Positions 25,878-38,850 of a stretch of DNA of 64,000 nucleotides are shown piece by piece (position 1 is the stretch's first letter; every line of letters begins with the position of its first letter). The stretch is from assembly GCF_963676685.1 (NCBI RefSeq), contig NC_092353.1, positions 61,442,001 through 61,506,000 of the forward strand, read 5' to 3'. Under the pieces are notes generated by a model, which did no database searches, was not told the DNA's origin, and saw nothing but the letters and a program-made list of their open reading frames with translations. The translations under genes and the position numbers were made by a program. Source of the DNA: Mytilus edulis. Taxonomy: Eukaryota.

Positions 25878-27698
25878 GGGTTTACAGACACCAACATTAT
25901 TGCAAACCAAAGTGCTGTGCTACCATTTAGACATTTTATTGGCCCAGTTTTAGATGATTTTAGAAGGTTCAAAGTTCACAGGAATAGAGAGGAATCAGCA
26001 AAAGAGTTTATTCATACACTTATTTCATTTGTTTCTGCATTTCTAGTTGATGATAAAGTAGAGGATTCAGTCCATTACTTGGCCGACCTTTACGACTTCC
26101 TTGGAACATGTGCACCAGCGGATTGTTTTAGTAAATATTTATATTCCTTTATTTCACAATGGAAAATAGTAACACAGTGCATCAGGTGTCTTGAGTTTTC
26201 CGTTGAGTTTTATGCAAACAAATATCCGGATATTAGAAATGTGAATCAGTACCTTGGTAACTTTTATCATGCTTACTCATGTCAACATCCGAAGGATTCT
26301 CAAATAAGCCGCCAACTACTTTCAAAGGCAACTGACTATTTCAATCGGTATATACAAGAGAAAGGATTGGTAGACTCTGTCAGTGTCGATTTTGCTCTCT
26401 GTAACTTGGCAGCTGGACGCACCGATATGTGCATTTCTCATTTGAAGGATTATGTCTATAGTAGCTGCGACACCCAAGACAATTATACTAATGTCAACGA
26501 TACAAAAATCATAACATTAGAGAAAACTCTAAGAAAAGATTTAATCAGCCTGGTTGGAGACCCTATTAGAATGATTGTTTTGCCGTCTTTTCCACTTGCT
26601 TTATACCTGTTGTTAGTCGCATACCAAGCCGATAACAACATTAAAGGTTTACCTGATGAAATCTTAGATAAATTTCAACACTACTGTCAGCAATCTAACA
26701 CGTTTTGGAGTAACTACTTACATGGTCTTTCCTTAACACATTTACAACTTTGGGGAGAAGCTGAGGTTGCTTTTCACAAAGCGAATACAATTACCGGATG
26801 TCAGTATTCAAAGTGGAAAGAAATTGCATGTCATATTGAGAATCTGTTATCTAAGGGAAAACATTCAGAAACCATTGAATATATGGAAGATATTTCTACT
26901 AAAGCATCTGGTGCAAGTCGTGATGCTGTGGTTCACACAGTAGCATTTCAGCTCAGTTCATCAAGTAAGGCAGTCCAGTTTACCGATAACCTGGAAGATT
27001 TGAATCTATCAACGTTTATAAATGGAAATCTTGCATGTTTACATTTTGCATCAGCATTTGAGTATCCAGATGAATCAGATGAAAGAATAACTGCTTTAGT
27101 CAGAGCTGAAACATTGTTCTCTACATTCCTATCAGAAATACCGAATGAAGAGTCTGCTACTACGGTGGACTATGCTGCATTTCTTTGTAACCAAGAAAGA
27201 TGGTCGGAAGCGATCGATATTCTAGATTTGTTTCTATCTAAGGCAAATACAAATAAATGTAGCAATTCTTACGGAACTATGGAATATCTCACACTCGATG
27301 ATTTTCTTAAAAAGGAAGTGGATACTCACACTAAAATGGAAGCTCCCTCAAGATCATTTGCCTATTATTATGCTATCAAATGCCTAGTGAAGTTAGGGGA
27401 ACCAGATCAAAAGATAAAAGGTGTCAAAGCTGCATTCAGTAAGTTCTGTACAGAGATTAAAAACAGCAGATCATTCAGTCTTCTTGGATACAGTGAGATG
27501 CTTAGGGAAAACTGGTACAGGGCTGAACATTGGTTTTGCAAAGCTGTTGAAATGGCATGGGACTATACAGCTGCAAAACAAAATTTTAATTTGTGTAAAT
27601 CGAAAAGGTCATCGAATATTAATGAAAAGTATGAGGAGAAATATATTCCTCTCTGTGTAGCAGCTGAATTGAAAGGGATATTGCCATTGCAAATGTAA
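25878..27698 (+). CDS. C-terminal TPR-like helical region of the same cGLR (same frame, after one TAA)
   Basis: 24696 and 25917 are in the same frame and 25878-25916 is open. Helical repeats with TPR-like signatures (WGEAEVAFHKA, WYRAEHWFCKAVEM, YTAAKQNFNLC). Internal duplication. Confidence 0.8.
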   Translation, partial: GFTDTNIIANQSAVLPFRHFIGPVLDDFRRFKVHRNREESAKEFIHTLISFVSAFLVDDKVEDSVHYLADLYDFLGTCAPADCFSKYLYSFISQWKIVTQCIRCLEFSVEFYANKYPDIRNVNQYLGNFYHAYSCQHPKDSQISRQLLSKATDYFNRYIQEKGLVDSVSVDFALCNLAAGRTDMCISHLKDYVYSSCDTQDNYTNVNDTKIITLEKTLRKDLISLVGDPIRMIVLPSFPLALYLLLVAYQADNNIKGLPDEILDKFQHYCQQSNTFWSNYLHGLSLTHLQLWGEAEVAFHKANTITGCQYSKWKEIACHIENLLSKGKHSETIEYMEDISTKASGASRDAVVHTVAFQLSSSSKAVQFTDNLEDLNLSTFINGNLACLHFASAFEYPDESDERITALVRAETLFSTFLSEIPNEESATTVDYAAFLCNQERWSEAIDILDLFLSKANTNKCSNSYGTMEYLTLDDFLKKEVDTHTKMEAPSRSFAYYYAIKCLVKLGEPDQKIKGVKAAFSKFCTEIKNSRSFSLLGYSEMLRENWYRAEHWFCKAVEMAWDYTAAKQNFNLCKSKRSSNINEKYEEKYIPLCVAAELKGILPLQM

Positions 27699-29011
27699 AA
27701 CAATAATAAATTTAGAGCTGAATAACATCAAACTCTATTTCAATGACTGATCTTATGTAACTGTAAATATGATAAAATTATTTCAAAACTATCATATACA
27801 TTTATATTCCTACATTTATGCAGTGTACAAGCCCTTTTGCAAAGATATAAACCCCTGCAGAAAATGGAAGAAGAGGGGCAAGGGTAACAAATATGTAGGT
27901 ACAAACTGCATGACAAGACTTACAATAGACTTAAACAAGTGTACTCTATCACATTTGTTATGTAGATATAAGAAAATGTGGTATGGGTGCCAATTAGACA
28001 ACTCTCCATCCAAGTCACAATTTGTAAAAGTAAACCATTATAGGTCAAAGAACGGTCTTCAACATGGAGCCCTTGCTGTGACTGTCTAAAGAAGGCAGCC
28101 TGTTATTCTTTGTGGTTTATGTCTATCATACTTGTGTTTTTCATAGATCGGATTGTTATAAATACGTATTCTCATTGAAGTCCATATAGTGACCTTTAAT
28201 TTCTGTCACTATCTACGTCATTCAGATTTTTTTTTAATTTCTTAACACTTTACTCTTGGCTTTATTTGGGTTTTATCAGCTCTTTAAATTTGTACAAAAT
28301 TTGGACTTTCAAACAATCGGGCCTCCATCATCACTCAATAGACATTAATAGTTGACATGCACAATTGGTGCATTGAAATTTATACCGTTAATGTCAATAT
28401 TACAAATGGGTCGAAACCTCTGCTGGTGAATTATTAAGACATCGAGGGGTACAAGCAAGAAATAAATCAAGGCATCAGCAGATTTTAAAGACCACCAAAG
28501 GTAAATGTGTGCGAGAAGAACTTACAAGTAGTATTATATAGTATCCTTCATATAGCAAGATCATTGATACGAATTAGTATAACCATATTTTGTTTTGCCA
28601 TAAAGAGACAACGATTAAGGTTATAATAGCAATGCTGAAGTGAAGTCATTGAATCTTGTATTCTGTGGAAAAATATTGATTCACCTATTTTGTTCTTAAA
28701 ATCATGACCAAAATTGTTCGGTTATTATCAGAACAGTACACATTTGCTATTGAAATAGCTATGGACCTTGTTTCTCTGCACTATATTTGTCATGATGTTC
28801 AAAACCTACTTTTATAGACGACTATACAATATGAGGTTTTTCACATTATTGAAGGCTGTATGGTTGCCTATAATTGCTTACACCCACTTCATTTGAACTT
28901 TGGTAACTTTGGTGGATATTTGTCTCATTGGCAATCATACCACATTTCCTTTTTTCATATTCAAAAATAGAACTTTGGTGGATAGTTGTCTTATTGACAA
29001 TTATACCACAG

Positions 29012-30121
29012 CAGACTTGGGGTCAATTACATTGGAATGTAATTAATTAAATTACACATTACATTGCAAAAATGGTCAATTACACTAATTACACATTACA
29101 CAGTTTTTGAAATGTAATTAATTAAATTACAATTACTTTACTAAAGTAATTAATTAAATTACACATTACATTTCATCATGATATTTTTTAACAATATTTT
29201 ACATGTTTACATAATGCATGTGTAAAATAGTCATGTAAGCAGAGTTTAAGTGTTGCATTTGATAATCATTTAATATAGTTATTTTAATGTTTTGTCAATA
29301 AGTCTGAATCTTCCGGTCTGAAAAAAGCAATTGTAAATAGTCTTTCGACAGGAGCTATTGTTGTGCGCTAGATATTGCTTGATCAGGACATGGAAGTTTT
29401 ATGATTAGAAGATCATTTTATTGATAGGAGAGGGAATTTGTTCATATTAACTTGCCAATACATCAAGGGGTATTTTGACATCTCAGAAATGAACTCATTT
29501 GAATTAAACATAATATGAATAAAGAAATTATAAATGAATTTAAAATATTTTTTTATTTTACTTTAAAAATATTAAAAAGTGTGCTTGTCACAATATTGAA
29601 AATAATTTTTAGTACAAACAATGTATATAATGTCCAAATATTAGCAATATTTTGCTAATTAGATAAAATATATGTAATAGTGGCATTGCCCCTGGACATT
29701 TTAATCTGATTAATTGCTGTTTGTTTTTACAGCTGTTAATTTTTATTTCTATAATCCTTTTGTGTATACTAATTTGACAAAATGATTGTACGACGCCAAC
29801 GTGATAGCAATATACGACGAAAATTTTTTCAAATTTTGCGGTCGTATAAAAAAAGCATTGATATTAATATTTGAAAAATACAAATAATTTTACAATTTAT
29901 ATTATTAAACACAAATCCTTAACTGTAACACAATAAAAGTACATGTAATTGAAATGTAATTCAAAAGTAATTGAGCATTACATGCTTTTTTCAATGTAAT
30001 TAATTAAATTACCATTACATGTAATTAAAAAAATGCTCAATTACACATTACATTCAATTACATGGAAAATTGTAATGCATTACACTTAATTACCACTACA
30101 TTTTTAATTACCCCATCCCTG
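29012..30121 (-). mobile_element. hAT transposon deletion derivative
   Basis: CAG...CTG TIRs with AATTAC subterminal repeats. 8-bp TSD TACCACAG (29004-29011 and 30122-30129). Minus-strand remnants of the hAT dimerisation domain (PLMYWQVNMNKFPLLS, APVERLFTIA) at about 29310-29470. Confidence 0.9.
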
Positions 30122-33100
30122 TACCACAGTTCCTTGTTTCATATTCAAAATAAAGTTTTTGATATAAGAGTGTCAGAAGTCATAATTTACTAGTACAATC
30201 AAGAAAGTACTCATTAGTTTACTTAAACAACCATGTGCATTATTAGATTGGTACATTTTAAATAGACATTTTATATTATGCCTCACATTTATTTTCGTTC
30301 ATACTTTGTCCAATTAAGCATATGTTGAATAAAATAAAGTTTAGCAAGAGCCTTTACTTTTTTCTATTATAAATTTGGCATGTTATGAAATTTTCTGACA
30401 TTTGAAATATTACGACTAAGTGTAACTTCTGCATTGGAACCATAAGTGTAGTGCATCTGAGTCCCATAATTAAGTTCTTAATTTTTTCATGGACTTTTGT
30501 TTGTCTTTTGTCATTTCTTTTGAAAATCTGCAAACATTTATATTGAAAGGTTGAGCTGATGACTGAAGATTTGATAGTTCGAAACTTTATTTATGTATTG
30601 TGTTTCTCTTACCGCTGTGTAACCTATTATAATAGTAACAACTTTTCTGGGTAATAACATGACAAAGTCAACACTCTTTTAAATATAACTTGTTTTAATT
30701 ATTAAAAATAAACATTTAAATATATAAAAAATTAATATTTCTCACAAAATATAAAAATGAACTTCCAGTATGTTATATAACAATAAACATTAAAATTAAA
30801 ACAATCAAGATAAACATAAACAAAATATATAAAATATGTACACTACCTCTCAGAATTTTGTTTTTAAGAATATAATTTGTATCCCTTTCATCAAAATTAT
30901 ACCAGAATAATTAAGAAGACCCCGTTATAATTAACAGATAAATACTTTTAAACAACAGTAAAACCTAATACAGCTTACTTTTGATTTGTCATGACAATTT
31001 GTGAAGCGCTTACAGAGTTCAGATATTTCTTTTATGACATATTACATTGCTATGAATTCTCCAAACTATTCATTCTGTATCTGAATTGGATTTTCTTGTT
31101 GTATTGAAGACCCACTGACTGGGGTAGGAAGTCACTTTTAAAATAAATTTAATTGGATATTCCCTTTTGAGCCAGGTGAGCTAAAAAGTGGTTTATGATT
31201 GCCAATAAGAAAACTCCCCAACAGACCAATTGACATAGAAGTTAATAACTATAGGTCATGGTACTGCCTTTTATAATGAGCAAAATCCATACTGCAAAGT
31301 AAAATATAAAAGACCCGGGCAATGAAAAAGGTGAAACTGTACGAGGGATGTATGTCAAAAACTCCCATCATCAGGTAAAACAATTCAAAGCAGACACTAA
31401 CGTTAGTTTTCTCGTTTGAATTGTTTTACATTGTCATATCCGGGGCCTTTTATAGCTGACTGTGCGGTATGGGCTTTGAAGACTGTACGGTGACCTATAG
31501 TTGTTAATGTCTGTGTCATTTTGGTCTCTTGTGGACAGTTGTCTCATTGACAATCATACCACATTTTCTTTTTTATATATACTAACAGCCTGATTTATGT
31601 TCAAAACGATAAATGAAAAACAAATATGATCAACAGCAAAAAAAAAACCACAACCACTGAATCACAGGCTCTTGACTTGGGACAGGCACATACATAATGT
31701 GATGGGGTTATACATGTTTGCCGTCACCAATAACCTTCCCCCAACATGGGACAGTGGAGTAACAGTGCAACATCAGGACAAACTATAGAAATCAGTTAAA
31801 AAGAACTTAGTCAAAGTGCAATAAATGAAACTGGGAATTCAAACACCCACCAGATTAAGGCTTGACCAAATAAAACTATGAAAATTAGTTTCAAGGAATA
31901 AAAAAGCTTTCACAATATTATTGCAAAACATTCAAAGCAATTATAAAATACAATGTTGATAGTAATATCATATTCATGAGACCCATTTTACAGTGAATTG
32001 TCCTTTATATAATGAACAGAGGACTTTTATACAAGATTTTATACTAATTTTAAAGAACTTCTTAAGGATAAGAAATATTTTTGGCTGTTCACAAATGAGT
32101 ATTTACCAACTCTCATGTGCCTAGGAAATTACATTATTAACGGTTTAGAAGTAAGATCCAGATGTAAACAAAATATATGAAATAATATTTATTATTATAG
32201 AATTTAATTTAATAGTTATATAAGACACATGTTGTGTTACGCTCTGATCCTGTCCATAACGTTATGGTATGGTATTAGTTTTCTGTTTTGCTTTTTCCAA
32301 TCATATTGTCATAATATTGTTGTACAATAATGCCCTTTATGGGTTCTTGATTTCTCATCTTATCTTATCTTATTATAATTATGCTATGGACAGTTTCATG
32401 ATTTCTAGTGTATTGTTTATTTTACATAGCTACAAATTAATAAAATCATCTTTATTTGTACAAAAGTACATGTATTTTACAGTGACAAAAAGATTAAATG
32501 ACTATTGGTCCCATCAAACTTGAAAACTGAGAAAAGTTATTATAAATCCATAAATCAATCTGCTCAGACAGATTTTTTTTGTAAGGAACTCAAATTTTGC
32601 AGGGCTACCCATAGTTAGTAAAATCTTAGTATATAATGCCTTGTTATAGATAGGCAAAATGCAATGGCATGATTTCAAAAGATCTTAGATTGGGGAAAAA
32701 ACTGTTCATAGAAAAAAAAAAAATATTTTCCAGGTAAAAAAGTGATACTTTAAAGGTCAAGGCTACTATAAACAAATGATATATAAAACCAACAGGATTT
32801 CAAAAAATGAGGAAAAAAAATGGCTAGGGGTATCTGTTTGGATATATGAGATGCATAAATAATCAGCCATGTCCTATTGGAATCACAAATCTAAATATGA
32901 TGCATGGAGAAGTGCCACATGAACATGATGAACTGCAAGTTAAAAAACCCTTCTTTGAAGAGGACGTATTGGTGACTTATTTCATTGCAAAAATTTTATT
33001 TATCAAACTTTTTCTAATTTTTGAGTACTAGTTAAAATTTCTGAGCGTCATCATATTGGACCACTATGCAGGGACTATTTTATTATCAATGGATTCTTTT

Positions 33101-33746
33101 CCTGTTCATGCATTCAATATTTGCCACTGGACATTAATAAAAAAAAATCTATCAATAAAAAGGCTGAAAGCATCAAAACCCTCATTTATATTTCTGGAAT
33201 ATAATAAGCATGATTTCCCCTTGGCATCCCTAAACTTAAAAAATCCATTATAAATGTATAAAATCTAAATCTAATTAGAGAGACACACCTGAGACCTCAT
33301 ACAGCATGGTCATTACACCTATAATATTACTACATCTATTCAAAAACTTTTCAACATATGTTGAAAAACTATACAATTCACAACCAGTTTGCTATGCTAA
33401 TAGCTGTACCCAGAAATTGAGGTAACTCTCAAAATAAATTAGTTAACTCACATTATGGTTTTTTGCCTGACTAAGAAATATTTTCCCTAAAAAACTCCAA
33501 CATTTTTTTTCAGTTTTTAGACACTATCAAATTCTTTTTTCCCTCCAAAATTTAGCACTACCAGGAATCGGGAAAATCTGGATTTAAAATATATTTTTGT
33601 CAACTGCTTAACCATAATATTTTTTTTTCATCAAATTAGGGATCAGAATATTTTTTTATGAAAAAAACATAACACCCTCCCCGCCATGATGTTAATTGGT
33701 TGTTGTCTAAGACAAAAATTGTCAATATTTCATGTGTAATGCCCCT

Positions 33747-33925
33747 TTAAAATTCATCCTCTTCCTCTTCACCGTTGCTCCCATACAGCAAGGATGATTG
33801 TCCAAATTCTGAATGGTTGATGATTTTTCTGTTCACTTGTACATATTGTTTTATTCGTCCTTGTCTGCATGCACCTATTGCATACAGCCCTCCAACAAAG
33901 GCAACAAATATTACTACCACTAGAA
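33747..33925 (-). CDS. ENPP5: ENPP4/5-like ectonucleotide pyrophosphatase/phosphodiesterase, exon 4 (TM helix and cytoplasmic tail)
   Basis: Acceptor TTTTTCAG at 33926. Reads FLVVVIFVAFVGGLYAIGAC...EEEEDEF*. Confidence 0.85.
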
Positions 33926-34471
33926 CTGAAAAATATACCCAAAAGATAAATATCTCATTATTAAATTTATTTATTAAGAAAGACAGACATTTCAACAAAA
34001 ATTCCATTGAATGAAATTTAAAATTTCAGCAATTATAATAAAATAATGATTTTTAAACATTTTTTTTTACTCTGTCATTGGAGAAAAAAACTAAATCAAA
34101 TCATATTACAGTAATCTCTCATTTTAAGACATACATGTGTATAAAATTGAAGGAAGTATGGTAATTGTTTATTTATGTGTAATTTGGTCTCTTGTGAAGG
34201 GTTGTCTTATTGGCAATCATACCACATTTTATTTTTCACATATATATACATATATATGTAATATAAACGAGTCTAAATTGAAAACTACGTTCAAACCTAT
34301 GATTGCGTTGGATAAAAACCGCAATTTGTATACGTGTGCATGTAAGACAAATTTCGTTGTAGAAGGGTCTAAAAACAGCACAAACAACATTTAACATATA
34401 TATACAATAACTTAGTGAATAACATTTCTATTGATTTAAAAATTTGAAGATAGTGAACACTTTTTACTTAC

Positions 34472-34720
34472 ATGTGACGCCAGTGAATTGGAATGTAGAT
34501 GCATGTGGTGATGGAGGATGGGATAAAATATGCAGTACATTTTTAAGTGTTCCGTTATTAGGTGCTGGTTCAACCCCAAGTATATGGCACATCAAGGAAT
34601 AGATGTCAACAGAGTTGAATGGATCTGCATTCTTCAATCCTTTCTTGAAAGCTGGACCAAAGGCAATAAAAAATGGACGCATATCTGGAACTTTCTCTGG
34701 ATCAAATCCATGAGCTCCTC
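34472..34720 (-). CDS. ENPP5: ENPP4/5-like, exon 3
   Basis: GAHGFDP...MRPFFIAFGPAFKKG...VDIYSLMCHILGVEPAPNNG. TAG acceptor and GTAAGT donor, phase 1-1. Confidence 0.92.
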
Positions 34721-35953
34721 CTACCAAAAAAAATATATACCTAAACAATAATGTATTGTAAGTACTCAGAATCCCCGTTGGCATTATCACTTTCTATGTT
34801 AAGTGGACTGTGAAAAGGGGGGTAAAAAATCTAACTTGGCAATAAAATTAGAAAATTGATATCATAGAGAATATCTGTACTAATTTTCCAATTGATAGGA
34901 CTTCATCTGATTAATGAACAGAAGCACAGAATGAAAAACATAGTGTCCCTCTACTATTGCACGATTGCTCAAACCTAAAAATTTCAAAGTTAATATATAA
35001 ATACTTGAATACATATACTTGAAGAGTTATTTGACCAAAACAGACCTAAAAATAATAGCCAATTTCACCTTCGGTCAAATTTGTCTGAGGTATTTAGAAT
35101 ACATGTATAAATTTTACTCTGACATCTTGATTCAGAAAAGACATTTTTCTTTCAAATTATCATTACCATATAAACATGTGTCATCCTACACTTTTATCAT
35201 TAAAATCAACATACTTGTGAAATGAATGAATTCAAGGGTAATATATATTAGATTTTCAATGCATTGATTGTCAGGTATCTGACAGCTACAAGCCACAATG
35301 TGAAGCAAAAAAAAACCCTATATGTTACTTACTCAAGACAAAGAATGATTGTATAGGGGAGGGTTGAGATCTCACAAAACATGTGTAACCCCACCATATT
35401 TTGGGTATGTGTCAAGTCAGGAGCCTCTATCCTTAGTTAGTCTTGTATGATTTTTAATTTTAGTTAATTTAAATTTTTAGGCGTTTAGTTTGAAATTCAT
35501 TATCACTGAACTGGCACACATTTAGGGGCCAGCTGAAGGATGACTCTGGGTGCAGGATTTTCTTTCTGTGGTGAAGACCCATTAGTGGCCTCAGCTGTTT
35601 CCCGCTCTATGGTCAGGTTGTTGTCCCCATGACACATTCCCCTTTTCCATTCTCAATTTTTTTGTTAATGTTTGTGATATTCTTGATAAGTATACATATA
35701 TGCTCATGTCTCAAAGTTTTGATACTAAAATTACAGAGTAACTAAGCAGGGTGATATAGACACTTAGTACTAAAATCTTTAAAACAAGACTGTCTTCTTT
35801 GCAATATTCTTTTTTCAATGTAAATTAGCATATATACATATATCATGTATATACTTATGCTTGTATTGGCCTTGCAACTTAATAAAAAATGAAATAAAAC
35901 TACATCATTTGTACATGTGTCAAAAGTATTTCTGGTAATTTTGTGTAGCTTAC

Positions 35954-36121
35954 TTTGTTTAGTACTTTTCAATATATATCCTTTCTTTGCTTCAAGCACA
36001 AACTCTGATATTCTTCTGTTATCACTATAGTGCAGTGCCTTAGAGCTTTCACCCCCTTTTCTGTATAAGGTTATGTTGGGAATTTTCCTCAGTTTTGCAT
36101 ACAGTTCTTCTCTTGTACTGT
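35954..36121 (-). CDS. ENPP5: ENPP4/5-like, exon 2 (mostly absent from the ORF track)
   Basis: DSTREELYAKLRKIPNITLYRK...LHYSDNRRISEFVLEAKKGY. TTTTTAG acceptor and GTAAGC donor, 168 nt, phase 1-1. Confidence 0.88.
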
Positions 36122-37408
36122 CTAAAAATCAGAATTTATTGAAACAAGCTTTCAGCTAAAAATGATTTTATTTATAAACATGATAAATAATAAGATGTGT
36201 TAAGAGTGCTAATGTGACAACTCTTTTATCCAAGGCATAATGTATAAAAAGTTAACAATTATAGGTCGAAGTACAGCCTTCATCACAGCACCTTCACCGT
36301 GTATCATAAGTACAGCGGATATAGGTACTAACCAAGCAGACGTGAGTGATTTTGACCTTACATGGTAACGAAAATCTTTATCAGAAATGTATGATAAAAA
36401 CTTAAACCTAATTTAGGAAATGTTAGCTACATGCACATTGTATGCATAAATGATGAATGCTACATGTAGTTCATACTAAAATATTTATTATTTATAGTGA
36501 AAGAAAAATTAAACCTTAGCCATGGTGTATGTATGGCTAACCCTATTTAGATGATTAGTTTTTATCATAAATTTCTAAGTAATTTCCAGATTTCTTTAAC
36601 CTTAATTCTAGATTCAATATCTACTTTTTCATTTTTATTTGGTATTTTAAAAAACAACTGTGCAGAAGTTGTGTGAAGTATCACTTTTTCTATCTGATGT
36701 TTCCGCCTACCATTGAATATACAATAAGATATAAAATGTACATGTACATGTATGTGACTAATATTAACTGAATCAAAATTAGTTAAATAATACCATGAAT
36801 ACAAAAGAATAATACATGTAAACATGTCTTTGTACATGTATTATTAGGTCAAAGGACACAGTTATTGTCCTTTGGTTTTCATTGTCTATGAATATAGACC
36901 CTATAACTAGAGTGAACAGTGCTTGCAATTTTTTGATACACTTTCCCAATTTCATGAATTTATTTCTTGATATTTAATGCATGAAATATTAAGAAGTAAG
37001 GCATTTAAGGGGATGAAATTACATGTTAAAAAAATTTGGGTGCTGAATCTTTATGTTTTAAAGTAGTGATTTGTTCCAGTTAGAAAAGGTCAAATTTGAT
37101 TATGTCTGAAACTGTCAAACTGAATTTTTGACCCCCTTAACACAGCATTGTCAATATTTTGAGTTAGAGCTAGTAGAAGATTCTATAATTTTGATATAAT
37201 TTGTCCCATTAGTAGTACACTACACTGTAAAAATCTTTTTTAGATACAGCAGGTGTGTTTTTTAAAAAAAAATAATTTATTGTTTAAAAGAAATGCACTA
37301 CGAAATACAATGTACATTGTAACTGTGTTCTCAGGCCTCATGGAATATTGGTACATGTACATTACATATATGTATCTCTAACATGTCTTAACATGCTTAA
37401 TAATATAC

Positions 37409-38279
37409 CTTTTGATGGATTCAAGCAAGTTACTATACTGTTTAAGCCAACTCTAGCAATATAAAGTGTCTTACTAACATACTGATCTATTTTTATTAGT
37501 TGACTAGTACTGATATCAGTATGACCATGATCAGAAGTTATTATAATATTCATGTCATCAAATGAATGTTCATCTATCAGCCTTTTCTTCAGATAGCCTA
37601 AAGTTTTGTCAAGTTTATAAATTATATCTTTAACTTCTTTGCTGTCTGGTCCATGTACATGTGCTACTTCATCTGGTTCTGGAAAGTACAAAACTCCTAA
37701 ATTAATCGGACGAATATTTGATTCATTTTTGGAAAACCATTCAACCAAATGATCAACTCTTTTATTCCAGTTGTATGTGAGGTTATAAATGTAACCACCT
37801 GGAATTACACGTGGCATATATGACTTCATTTCAGCAACGCCACCAGGCCACAAAACAACACCACTATCTCGTGATTGACCTGCTTTGTAATTTGTCACCC
37901 ATATAGGTTCTGATCCAGCGTCAAACCATTTGGACTCAAAATTTTGTCGGTAATTTTCTTCATGGAATGTATCTTGCAAATATGGATCCCAAAAACTGTT
38001 ACTGACTATTCCATGGCTCTCGGGATACAGACCAGTAACAATTGTCATATGATTTGGATATGTTACACTGGGAAAAACATTTCGAATATATTTCACATTT
38101 ACACCTCCTCTTCTAAAAAAGTCAAAATTTGAAATACTCTCCTTGTTTAGGTTGTCAAGGAAATTATATCTCATACCATCCATTGAAATTAATATAAGCT
38201 TAGGTATTTTTACTCCTGTTGACAGACATATTGTTTGAACTGTCAACAGTAAGAATGTCAGAACATCTGCTGTTTTCAT
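37409..38279 (-). CDS. ENPP5: ENPP4/5-like, coding exon 1 (signal peptide and catalytic core)
   Basis: Signal peptide, then ISMDGMR, FPSVTYPNH (catalytic Thr), EPDEVAH, TSDHG. The four exons total 1467 nt = 488 aa + stop. ENPP5 rather than ENPP4 is tentative and rests on TYPNH. Confidence 0.95.
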
Positions 38280-38850
38280 ACTGCTGTTTCACTTTTGGTT
38301 TGGTTTACTGCGAGTGTGGTTGTAACATGTTGAGCTTTATTGAGGAAAGTTACGACTTTATCATTATATATTTTCTCGTTTTTTATTTAAATCCTGTAGC
38401 ATTGTCATATCTATATTTTGTTGAGAAAGCTCTTGGAAACCAACTTGTTGAAATTCGTCTGTTTTCTCTATCGTTCAAAGTCAATTTTCAACTACGTTAA
38501 TTCCTTGTGTAAATACGGTATTTCAAGCTCAGATATAACCTAGAAAATAATATTCTAAATGCTTGTGCGTTCACGGACATTAAAACGATGAAACGTGTCA
38601 AACTCCGGAACCTTTGCACTAAAATCGCACTTTAATATTTCTTGAATTTTTTTAAAAGAAAAAGAAAGCGAGCAATGCTATATTTAGGAAATAATTGATG
38701 CAAGCTATACTTTATAGTATTTTTAACATGGGTACTGTAGGCATTATATTCGTAATTATCTTTGCCCGAGCGATAGCCTTAGGGATAGGCTTAGCCAAGT
38801 TAGGGATATCTTAATAAGATTATACATGTAAAATTGAGAAAATTCGCTAG

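Noticed and set aside
25874-25887. 14-nt GT...CAG micro-intron removing the cGLR stop
   Set aside because: Too short to splice and not frame-preserving.
24696-27698. Bacterial CBASS-like two-gene operon
   Set aside because: Eukaryotic context with a splice acceptor upstream. The GTG starts are ORF-caller artefacts and both ORFs share one frame.
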